DNA of 24,000 bases, from NCBI GenBank assembly GCA_035998495.1, contig DASYHP010000099.1, positions 16,023-40,022 of the forward strand, read 5' to 3'. Numbering within the stretch: the first letter of the stretch is position 1; each line of letters starts with the position of its first letter. This document shows, in pieces, positions 11,122 to 18,230 of this stretch. The position numbers and the translations under genes were made by a program. The notes beneath the pieces were generated by a model. That model did not search any database. It saw only the letters and a program-made list of their open reading frames with translations, and was not told the origin of the DNA. Source of the stretch: Mesorhizobium sp. (lineage in GTDB: Bacteria; Pseudomonadota; Alphaproteobacteria; Rhizobiales; Rhizobiaceae).

Positions 11122-12315
11122 ATGTCCACCATCGCCGCCGACGACGCAAGCTTCCCCAGCGAGCACTTGAGCCCCGCTGCGGATGCGACACCGCGCATCC
11201 TCGTTCAAGACGAGGACGGTTTTGCGCGCGCGGCGCTTTCCGGCGTCTGGACGACACGCACGGTCGGCGTCGTGGACGCCGAGATGCGGGCGCTGGGGGA
11301 GAGCGCCGACCGGCCTCTGCTGCTCGATCTGTCCGGCGTGGCCAAGATGGACACGGCCGGGGCCTGGGTGGTGGAGCGGCTGGCCGCCACGCTCGAAGGG
11401 CAGGGAGTGCAGGTCCGGACCGATGGCGGCAGCCAGGCCGTGATGACCCTGCTCGATGCGGTCGGCCACACCGCGCACAACCGCGAAGCGATCGAAAAGC
11501 GCGAGCGCGGGAGCGTCGTCACGAACTTCCTGGAAGCCGTCGGGCGCGGCGTGTTCTCGATACGCGAAGATCTGGTGTCTTCCCTCAATGTGCTTGGCGC
11601 GACGGTGCGTGGGGCGCAGACCAAGGCCGGCCGGGGACACGCCGTCAACATCACCTCCATCTTCCACCACATGGACCGCATGGGCGTGGGCGCCATCCCC
11701 GTCGTCACGCTGATGTCGGCCATCGTGGGCGCGATCGTGGCCCAGCAGGGCGCCTTCCAGCTCCGCTGGTTCGGGGCCGAGATCTTCGTGGTGGACCTCG
11801 TCGGCATCCTGGTCCTGCGCGAGCTCGGCGTGTTGATGACGGCCATCATGATCGCCGGCCGCTCGGGCAGCGCGATCACCGCCGAGATCGGCTCCATGAA
11901 GATGCGCGAGGAAGTGGACGCGCTGACGGTGATCGGGCTGAACCCGGTCGGCGTCCTGGTGTTTCCGCGTCTCGTGGCGCTGGTGCTGGCGGTTCCGCTG
12001 CTCACCGTCTTCGCGAACTTCGCGGCCTTGGGCGGCGCGATCCTCGTCACCTATCTCTATTCCGGCATCTCGCCGGAAACCTTCATCGACCGGCTCCGAT
12101 CCGCGATCGACCTGACAAGCATCTTCGCCGGGCTCATCAAGGCGCCGTTCATGGCACTCATCATCGGCATCGTCGCGGCCGTGGAGGGCATGAAGGTGGG
12201 CGGCAGCGCCGAGTCGCTCGGCGCGCGCGTGACGGCCTCAGTGGTTAAGGCGATCTTCGTGGTGGTGATCGTGGACGGCCTGTTCGCCATCTTCTATGCG
12301 GCGATCGACTTCTGA
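11122..12315 (+). CDS. MlaE-family ABC transporter permease with an N-terminal STAS (MlaB-like) domain fused, ~397 aa
   Basis: The N-terminal ~110 aa look STAS-like (LSGVWTTRTV...LLLDLSGVAKMDTAGAWVVERL). The C-terminal ~260 aa form a MlaE core (AIMIAGRSGSAITAEIGSMKMREEVDALTVIGLNPVGVLVFPRL). The start is uncertain: ATG 11122 is chosen, and the track start 11068 is a GTG. Confidence 0.85.
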   Translation: MSTIAADDASFPSEHLSPAADATPRILVQDEDGFARAALSGVWTTRTVGVVDAEMRALGESADRPLLLDLSGVAKMDTAGAWVVERLAATLEGQGVQVRTDGGSQAVMTLLDAVGHTAHNREAIEKRERGSVVTNFLEAVGRGVFSIREDLVSSLNVLGATVRGAQTKAGRGHAVNITSIFHHMDRMGVGAIPVVTLMSAIVGAIVAQQGAFQLRWFGAEIFVVDLVGILVLRELGVLMTAIMIAGRSGSAITAEIGSMKMREEVDALTVIGLNPVGVLVFPRLVALVLAVPLLTVFANFAALGGAILVTYLYSGISPETFIDRLRSAIDLTSIFAGLIKAPFMALIIGIVAAVEGMKVGGSAESLGARVTASVVKAIFVVVIVDGLFAIFYAAIDF

Positions 12316-13148
12316 TGGCGGCCTCGGACACCATCACGCGCCACGCGCCGCCCGTGTTTGCGGGCGATCCGCACGAGGTCGTCATCGAGGTGCGCGACGT
12401 GACCGTCGCCTTCGGCGACAGGATCGTGCTCGAAAACCTGTCCATGGACATCCGCCGCGGCGAAATCCTGGGTTTCGTGGGGGCGTCGGGCACCGGCAAG
12501 TCCGTGCTTCTGCGCACGATCCTGGGCCTCAACAAGCGGCGGTCGGGCACGGTCCGCATCTTCGGCGTGGATGTGGACGGGGCGGCCGAAGAGGAGAAGA
12601 TGCGGGTCGATATGCGGCTCGGCGTCCTGTTCCAGCACGGGGCGCTGTTCTCCGCGCTCACCGTGATGGAGAACGTGCAGGTGCCGATGCGAGAATATCT
12701 GGACCTGCCCAAGGCGCTGATGGACGAACTCGCCATCCTCAAGATCGAGCTTGTCGGATTGCCGCGCGACGCGGCGACGAAGTTCCCTTCGGAACTCTCC
12801 GGCGGCATGATCAAGCGCGCCGCGCTCGCCCGCGCGCTGGCGCTCGACCCGGACATCGTGTTCCTGGACGAGCCGACCTCGGGCCTCGACCCCATCGGCG
12901 CGGCCGACTTCGACGAGCTCGTCGCCAAGCTGCGCGACACCATGGGGCTGACCGTCTACATGGTGACCCACGACCTCGACAGCCTGTTCTCCGTCTGCGA
13001 CCGGGTGGCCGTTCTCGGTCGCAAGACCGTCATGATCGAAGGCACGATCGAAGACATGCTCGCGAGCGATGAGCCGTGGGTGAGATCCTATTTCCGGGGC
13101 AAGCGCGCGCGGTTGATCGACACCTCAGCACACCACGTCGAGGGCTGA
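12315..13148 (+). CDS. ABC transporter ATP-binding protein, MlaF-like, 277 aa
   Basis: Walker A GASGTGKS, signature LSGGMIKR, Walker B IVFLDEPTSGLD, H-loop VTHD. The start overlaps the permease stop (TGATG at 12313..12317), which suggests translational coupling. Confidence 0.92.
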   Translation: MAASDTITRHAPPVFAGDPHEVVIEVRDVTVAFGDRIVLENLSMDIRRGEILGFVGASGTGKSVLLRTILGLNKRRSGTVRIFGVDVDGAAEEEKMRVDMRLGVLFQHGALFSALTVMENVQVPMREYLDLPKALMDELAILKIELVGLPRDAATKFPSELSGGMIKRAALARALALDPDIVFLDEPTSGLDPIGAADFDELVAKLRDTMGLTVYMVTHDLDSLFSVCDRVAVLGRKTVMIEGTIEDMLASDEPWVRSYFRGKRARLIDTSAHHVEG

Positions 13149-13151
13149 CGA

Positions 13152-15377
13152 ATGGAAACTAAGGCCAACTATCTCGTGGTCGGCATCTTCACGCTTTTCG
13201 CCGTGCTGGCCGCCTTCGGCTTCGTGTACTGGACAGCCGCGATCGGCGACCAGGGGGACATCGCGACGCTCAGGGTCCGCATCCCAGGCTCCGCCTCGGG
13301 ACTGGCGCGCGGCAGTCAGGTGCTGTTCAACGGCGTGCCCGTGGGCACGGTGCGGCGCGTCTATATCGACGTGCAGAACCCGGCCGCGGCCATCGCCGAC
13401 ACGGAGGTGGATCGGCTGACGCCCGTCACCGAGTCCACGCAGGCCGATATCGGCATCGCCGGCCTGACCGGCCAGGCCAATATCGAACTCAAAGGGAGCA
13501 GTCTGCAGGAGAAGAACCTGCTCGACGCCGCGGAGGCCGAAGGCACGGTGGCCGAGATCACCGCGCGGCCGTCCGCGGTGACCAACCTGCTTCAAACCGC
13601 GCAGGACATCTTCGAGCGCACCGACCGGACGCTGGTGCGGATCGAAGGTTTCGTCTCCGAGGTGCAGGGACCGCTCGCTCAGACCGTGCGCAACACGGAA
13701 CAGTTCTCCGCCGCCCTGGCCGAGAACGCCGACGGCATCGACGGTTTCCTGCAAAGCGTTTCTTCGCTTTCCGACGAGCTGGCGGGCGCGTCCGCCAAGC
13801 TCGACGGCACGCTTGCCGCCGCCGAGGGGCTCCTGAACGCGGTGAACCGGGAGCAGGTCGGCCAGATCGTCGCCAATGTGGAAAGCTTCACCAACGACCT
13901 GCGCGAGAGTGGGCAGAACCTCGACCGCATCGCAGCCGAGGCGCAAAGCACGGTGCAGTCCTTCCGCGGCATCGCCGAGCAGGGCCAAGCATCTCTCGCG
14001 CGCGTCGATCAGCTCATCGCGGGCGTGGACCCCGAGGCCATCCGCAACACGGTGGCCAATGTGGAGCAGGCCACCAGCACGGCCAACAGCGCCATCACCG
14101 TGTTCCGTGACGCCGGCCAGACCGCGAACAATGTGCTGACCGAGGCCCAGAAGGTGGTGAACGCGGTCGCCGGCCGCACCGAGGACGTGAACCAGATCAT
14201 CACCGACGCGCAGCAGCTCGCCGGGCGGCTCAACCAGACCTCCGTGCGGGTGGAGGGGGTGATCGGACGGGTGGACGAGCTTCTGAGTTCCGAGAGGACC
14301 GAAACGCTGGTCGCCGACGCCTCGGCCACCTTGCGCTCGTTCCGCGACACGGCCGAGTCGGTGAGCCGCATCGTGACCTCGCCGGAGGTGCAGGGCCTAG
14401 TCGGGCGCGCCAGCGAGACGCTTGCGACCTTCCAGAACACGGCTCGGACGATCAACCAGGTGGTCTCGTCGCCCGAGGCGCAGAGCCTTGTGACGGACGC
14501 CAGCGCGGCGCTCCAGTCGGTCCGCAACTCGGCGCAGCGGGTGGAGGAAATCGTTTCGGCGCCCGAGGTGCAGGGGCTGGTGAGCTCGGCCGAAGAGACG
14601 CTGGCGAGCTTCCGCGCCGCCGCGCGCACGGTCAACGACTTCGTGGCCTCGCCCGAAACGGAGGGCCTGATCCAAACCGCGAACGCCGCGCTGCTTTCGA
14701 TCCGCGACGGGGCGCAGTCGGTCAACCGAATTGTGTCGACCACCGACTTCCAGGGCCTGACCCGGACCGCGAGCGAGGCGTTGACCGCGTTCCGCGACAC
14801 GGCGCGCACGGTCAACGAGACCGTGGCTTCGCCCGAAGCGCAGGGCCTCGTCACCACGGCCAGCGCGGCGCTCAACTCGTTCCGCGACAGCGCCGAATCG
14901 ATCAACCGGCTCGTCACCTCGGAGGAGACGCAGGGCCTGGTGAACACGGCGAGCGCCGCCCTCAATTCGTTCCGCACCTCGGCGGAGTCGATCGAGAAGA
15001 TCGCCACCTCGCCGGAGGTCCAGTCGGTCTTGACAACGGCCGGCGAGACGCTGAACTCGTTCCGGCAGACGGCGGAAACCGTCAACGCCCTGTTCGCCTC
15101 GCCCGAAGCGCAGGGCATCCTCACGGAGGCCAGCCAGACGATCGCCGCCTTCCGCGGCGTGGCCGACACGCTGAACGCCCGCATCGGACCGATCGCCGAC
15201 AACCTCACGCAGTTCTCCGAGCGGGGGCTGGAAGGCGTGACGGAGTTCGTGCGCAGCGCGCAGCGTTCCGTCACCCGCATCGAGCAGGCCGTCACCGACT
15301 TCGAGCGCAACCCCCAACGGGTGCTTTCGGGCGGCGAAGGAGAGGTGCGCAAACACAACGGTCGCAACCGCAGATGA
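13152..15377 (+). CDS. MCE/MlaD-family substrate-binding protein with a single N-terminal TM anchor, one MCE domain and a ~600-aa helical, repeat-rich C-terminal extension, 741 aa
   Basis: N-terminus METKANYLVVGIFTLFAVLAAFGFVYW (TM anchor), then an MCE fold signature (LRVRIPGSASGLARGSQVLFNGVPVGTVRRVYID ... DIGIAGLTGQANIELK). GAGGG lies 8 nt before the ATG, and the start is 3 nt after the ATPase stop. Confidence 0.85.
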   Translation: METKANYLVVGIFTLFAVLAAFGFVYWTAAIGDQGDIATLRVRIPGSASGLARGSQVLFNGVPVGTVRRVYIDVQNPAAAIADTEVDRLTPVTESTQADIGIAGLTGQANIELKGSSLQEKNLLDAAEAEGTVAEITARPSAVTNLLQTAQDIFERTDRTLVRIEGFVSEVQGPLAQTVRNTEQFSAALAENADGIDGFLQSVSSLSDELAGASAKLDGTLAAAEGLLNAVNREQVGQIVANVESFTNDLRESGQNLDRIAAEAQSTVQSFRGIAEQGQASLARVDQLIAGVDPEAIRNTVANVEQATSTANSAITVFRDAGQTANNVLTEAQKVVNAVAGRTEDVNQIITDAQQLAGRLNQTSVRVEGVIGRVDELLSSERTETLVADASATLRSFRDTAESVSRIVTSPEVQGLVGRASETLATFQNTARTINQVVSSPEAQSLVTDASAALQSVRNSAQRVEEIVSAPEVQGLVSSAEETLASFRAAARTVNDFVASPETEGLIQTANAALLSIRDGAQSVNRIVSTTDFQGLTRTASEALTAFRDTARTVNETVASPEAQGLVTTASAALNSFRDSAESINRLVTSEETQGLVNTASAALNSFRTSAESIEKIATSPEVQSVLTTAGETLNSFRQTAETVNALFASPEAQGILTEASQTIAAFRGVADTLNARIGPIADNLTQFSERGLEGVTEFVRSAQRSVTRIEQAVTDFERNPQRVLSGGEGEVRKHNGRNRR
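14289..15188 (+). repeat. Ten in-frame tandem repeats of exactly 90 nt (30 aa) inside the MCE gene
   Basis: The repeat-initial S/T/A-P-E (or variant) falls at residues 380, 410, 440, 470, 500, 530, 560, 590, 620 and 650. I checked the DNA directly: tcg ccg gag at 14379 and tcg ccc gag at 14469. Consensus is roughly SPExQGLVxxASxxLxSFRxxAxxVNxxVx. Confidence 0.85.
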
Positions 15378-15387
15378 GGGCTGGCCT

Positions 15388-15413
15388 CTCCGCGCCGTTG
15401 ACAAGGCGCGGAG
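15388..15413 (+). terminator. Perfect 9-bp GC-rich hairpin 10 nt after the MCE gene stop; intra-operon attenuator, processing or stability element, or U-tract-less terminator
   Basis: ctccgcgcc (15388..15396), loop gttgacaa, ggcgcggag (15405..15413). It is followed by ccgccgcc with no T-run, and the lipoprotein gene starts 65 nt downstream. Confidence 0.35.
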
Positions 15414-15477
15414 CCGCCGCCAAGGGAGTTTCGGGGACCGGAAACGAGGCCGACGGCGCTTCAGCCTTCGGCAGGAG

Positions 15478-16089
15478 ATGGGGCGGGGCGTGCGCGTGAG
15501 GCTTTTTCGTTTGTCCGCAGCCGCCCTTGTCCTTTTCGCCGCGGGCTGCGCGGCCCTGCCCGGCGGGGGGCCTGACCCGCTCGACACCTTCGAGCTCAGC
15601 GCCCCACGGGCGCCGGAGCGGCCTGCGCGCGGCGGCACGCAGATCCTGATCGCCGAGCCCACCGCGCTCAAAGCCATCGACACGCAGAACATCGTGGTCG
15701 CGCCGACGCCCGCCAGCATCGAGTATCTGGCCGGCGCGCAATGGGCCGATCGGCTGCCGCGCGTGGTGCAGGATGGGCTCGTCGAGACCTTCCAGAACCT
15801 GGGCGGGTTCGCCGGCGTCGGTAAGCCGGGGCAAGGGCTCGCCATCGACTACCAAGTGATCGTGGACATCCGCTCCTTCGAGGTGCGGGTGAACGGCACG
15901 GCCACGGCCAATGTGGTGTTCTCCGTCAAGCTGCTCAACGACCGCAACGGACAGGTGCGCGCCGCCCGCGACTTCCAGGCCACCGCGCCCGTCGCCGGCG
16001 CAGGCAACGAGGCTTACGTGGCTGGGCTCGACGCAGCGTTCCGCCAAGTGGCGGGCGAGATCGTGGACTGGACGCGCGAGAGGGTGTGA
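15478..16089 (+). CDS. ABC-type transport auxiliary lipoprotein (DUF330 / PqiC-YmbA-like), ~200 aa
   Basis: Signal peptide plus lipobox-like LVLFAAG|C. The mature region (ILIAEPTALKAIDTQNIVV..., YLAGAQWADRLPRVVQDGLVETF) is typical of the auxiliary lipoproteins encoded next to MCE genes. AGGAG abuts ATG 15478, so GTG 15490 or 15496 could be the real start. Confidence 0.8.
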   Translation: MGRGVRVRLFRLSAAALVLFAAGCAALPGGGPDPLDTFELSAPRAPERPARGGTQILIAEPTALKAIDTQNIVVAPTPASIEYLAGAQWADRLPRVVQDGLVETFQNLGGFAGVGKPGQGLAIDYQVIVDIRSFEVRVNGTATANVVFSVKLLNDRNGQVRAARDFQATAPVAGAGNEAYVAGLDAAFRQVAGEIVDWTRERV

Positions 16090-16207
16090 GGCCGCACGGC
16101 GCCGGCCGATCATGCATTCTCGTCGCCACGCCCGGTATTCTTGTCATCGGCTCGAATCAGGCGCGGGGTTCGGGCCGCGCCGCCGCGAGCCGGCCAACCT
16201 CCTTGCG

Positions 16208-16235
16208 TTGACTTTGACGTAAGCTGCGCGAGAAT
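16208..16235 (+). promoter_or_regulatory. Candidate sigma70-type promoter of the MerR-family gene (TTGACT-16 nt-GAGAAT), overlapped by an imperfect dyad
   Basis: TTGACT at 16208..16213, GAGAAT at 16230..16235, ~27 nt upstream of ATG 16262. The dyad CTTGCGT (16202..16208)-N8-ACGTAAG (16217..16223) matches at 6 of 7 positions. This rests on pattern matching alone. Confidence 0.3.
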
Positions 16236-16261
16236 CCCAACTCCACAGCGTGCGGGCGGCT

Positions 16262-16648
16262 ATGCGCGAGTATTTCACGATCACCGAACTCACCCGGGAG
16301 TTCGACGTCTCCACGCGGACCCTGCGGTTCTACGAGGACGAAGGCCTGCTGCACCCCGTGCGCCGCGGGCGGACGCGGCTGTTCCGTCCGGCCGACCGCC
16401 ACCTGCTCCGCCAGATCCTGCGCGGCAAGCGGCTGGGCTTCTCGATCTCCGAGATCCGCGAGATCATCCAGATGTACAAGGAGCCGCCGGGCGAGGTGGG
16501 ACAGCTCAAGCTGATGATCCGCCGCATCGACCAAAAGCGGGAAGAGCTCCGGCAGAAGCGGCGCGATCTGGAGGAAACGCTGGCGGAACTCGACCATGCG
16601 GAGGAGGCTTGCGTCGAGCGGCTGGCGGAACTCGGCGTGAAGACCTGA
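16262..16648 (+). CDS. MerR-family transcriptional regulator (LiuR-like subfamily, no metal-binding Cys), 128 aa
   Basis: N-terminal HTH FTITELTREFDVSTRTLRFYEDEGLL followed by a coiled-coil dimerisation helix. ATG 16262 is preferred over the track's GTG 16250, because MerR proteins start a few residues before the HTH. Confidence 0.85.
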   Translation: MREYFTITELTREFDVSTRTLRFYEDEGLLHPVRRGRTRLFRPADRHLLRQILRGKRLGFSISEIREIIQMYKEPPGEVGQLKLMIRRIDQKREELRQKRRDLEETLAELDHAEEACVERLAELGVKT

Positions 16649-16726
16649 GACAAGTCTTCCAAGCATAAGACTATCCGGAAAGTCCGCAACTTTGCGCTGA
16701 CGCGGACCTTCGGTTCGGGGTCATGC

Positions 16727-17275
16727 TTAGATCCAGCGCCGCACGCGCTTTCGGTAGTCGCGAAACGCCTTGCCGAAGCGCGCTTCGAGGTGCCGCTCCT
16801 CCGGCTCGATGGCGAGCTTCTGCGTGGCGAAAGCGGCGAGCGGAGCGAGAAGCATGAGCCAGGCAATGCCGAAGATCAGGCCGATGCCGAGCAGGAACAG
16901 CGTGTTGCCGACATAGATGGGATTGCGCGTGACAGCGAAGGGGCCGCCTGTCACGAGATGCGTGCTGCCCTTGTGCGGCAGGATCGTGGTTTTCTCGCGC
17001 GACAGCGTGCGAAAGGCGAGCACGTCGAGGAGCACGCCCGCCCCGACCGCCAGGACGCCGACCGCCACCAGGATGTCGGCGAAGGGCCGGCTGAACCAGG
17101 GCAGCGGCACGAGCGCGTGGAGCACGACGCCGAGCGCCAGCGCCCCAAGATAGATCAAGGGCGGCCAGGGAACGCGGCTCGGCCGGTCAAGGCTGGCCCT
17201 CAGGGCCGGCTCCGAACTCGGCTTCGGCGGAGCAGAAGCCGGCTGTTTCCCGGACGCGCGACTGCGTATTGACAT
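16727..17275 (-). CDS. Isoprenylcysteine carboxyl methyltransferase (ICMT)/phospholipid methyltransferase-family membrane protein, 182 aa
   Basis: Multi-TM protein with the family's C-terminal motif: LVTGGPFAVTRNPIYVGN ... EPEERHLEARFGKAFRDYRKRVRRWI. ATG 17275 is preceded by a strong GGAGGGAG 6 nt upstream. Confidence 0.8.
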   Translation of the reverse strand: MSIRSRASGKQPASAPPKPSSEPALRASLDRPSRVPWPPLIYLGALALGVVLHALVPLPWFSRPFADILVAVGVLAVGAGVLLDVLAFRTLSREKTTILPHKGSTHLVTGGPFAVTRNPIYVGNTLFLLGIGLIFGIAWLMLLAPLAAFATQKLAIEPEERHLEARFGKAFRDYRKRVRRWI

Positions 17276-18173
17276 CGTTGGCTCCCTCCATCACCGAACC
17301 GAGAATGCCGCCGGTTTGCAATTCACTCAACATGCAGACGCAATAGCGCGCGCAGAAGTCGCCGTCGCGGGCCGGGACGCAGCTCGCCTCGCAGGCGCGC
17401 AGGAAGCTCGCGTCGGGTTGACGGGTGGGCGGCGGGACGATGAGCGAGAACAGGAACAGGAGACCGATCAGCGCGGGCTGGTGGAGGAGGTAGACGGCGA
17501 GGCTGTGCCGTCCGGCGAAGGCCAGCGGGCCGGCGGCTCGCGGCGCGGGCACGCCGGCAAGGCGATTGAGCCAGCCGGCATGCGCGGCAAGCTTCGCCCC
17601 CGCCATGCCGAGAAGCACCACGCCGAACCAGGGAAACAGCGGGACGTAATCGTTGGAGCGCGGATTGGCCGTCGAGAGCCCCAGCCACCAAAAGGCGGGA
17701 TGGTTGAGGGCATCATGACGCAGGAAGAACAGGGCGGCGAAGAAGAGGGCGGCCCCGGCGAGGAGAGCGGCGGCGGGCCAGCGCAGGAACAGGATGCCCA
17801 AAAGGCTCGCCACCGCGATCTGATGCAGGATCCCGAAGAAGATGAAGGACTCGGGCGTCGCGACATAGGTCGCAGCCGAGATCAGCGCCGCGGCGCCGGC
17901 GACGGTCGCCCAGCGCCGCCAGAAACCCTGCCAGCGGACGCCGCGCCCATGCGCCAGCACGAGGCTGACGCCGACCAGGAACAGGAAGCTGGAGGCGATC
18001 GCGCGGGCGAACAGCTTCCAGCCGCCTTGGGCGGTCATGCCGGGTTCGGCATAGCCGAAGAACTCCATATCCCAGGCGAAGTGGTAGATCGCCATGGCGA
18101 CGAGGGCAGCCCCGCGGCCCACGTCGATCCAGGGGATGCGCCGGGAGGCGGGCGCGAGGGCGGGGATGACCAT
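17187..18173 (-). CDS. DUF1624 (heparan-alpha-glucosaminide N-acetyltransferase-like) integral membrane acyltransferase-family protein with a Cys-rich C-terminal tail, ~328 aa
   Basis: RIPWIDVGRGAALVAMAIYHFAWD is the typical DUF1624 N-terminus, followed by ~8 hydrophobic segments. The tail is CEASCVPARDGDFCARYCVC. ATG 18173 is chosen, and the track start 18209 is a TTG. The 3' end overlaps the ICMT gene by 89 nt. Confidence 0.75.
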   Translation of the reverse strand: MVIPALAPASRRIPWIDVGRGAALVAMAIYHFAWDMEFFGYAEPGMTAQGGWKLFARAIASSFLFLVGVSLVLAHGRGVRWQGFWRRWATVAGAAALISAATYVATPESFIFFGILHQIAVASLLGILFLRWPAAALLAGAALFFAALFFLRHDALNHPAFWWLGLSTANPRSNDYVPLFPWFGVVLLGMAGAKLAAHAGWLNRLAGVPAPRAAGPLAFAGRHSLAVYLLHQPALIGLLFLFSLIVPPPTRQPDASFLRACEASCVPARDGDFCARYCVCMLSELQTGGILGSVMEGANDVNTQSRVRETAGFCSAEAEFGAGPEGQP

Positions 18174-18230
18174 GCGCCTGCTATGGAGAAGGCGGTTTGG
18201 TTTGTCCAACTCGCGCGGGACTGCGGACGA

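Noticed and set aside
14289-15188. The 90-nt periodicity, considered as a possible CRISPR array or non-coding satellite
   Set aside because: The units are contiguous with no unique spacers and lie in-frame within a long ORF. They diverge mainly at synonymous or conservative positions and encode a consistent helical motif. This is a protein-coding tandem repeat.
14009-15845. Two long minus-strand ORFs (452 aa and 482 aa) across the MCE repeat region
   Set aside because: They are antisense to the MCE gene. Their S/R/A-rich periodic sequence mirrors the coding repeat on the plus strand. They have no start-site support and no domain signatures.
16250-16648. Calling the MerR-family regulator liuR
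   Set aside because: The sequence resembles the LiuR-like subfamily, but no leucine or isovalerate catabolic genes are adjacent. The symbol would be unsupported.
16653-16707. Two small stem-loops in the MerR/ICMT convergent gap (AGTCTT-N8-AAGACT at 16653..16672; GTCCGC-N14-GCGGAC at 16682..16707), considered as intrinsic terminators
   Set aside because: The stems are only 6 bp with large loops, and only the minus-strand reading of the second is followed by a short TTT. This is too weak to annotate as a feature, though transcription must end somewhere in this gap.
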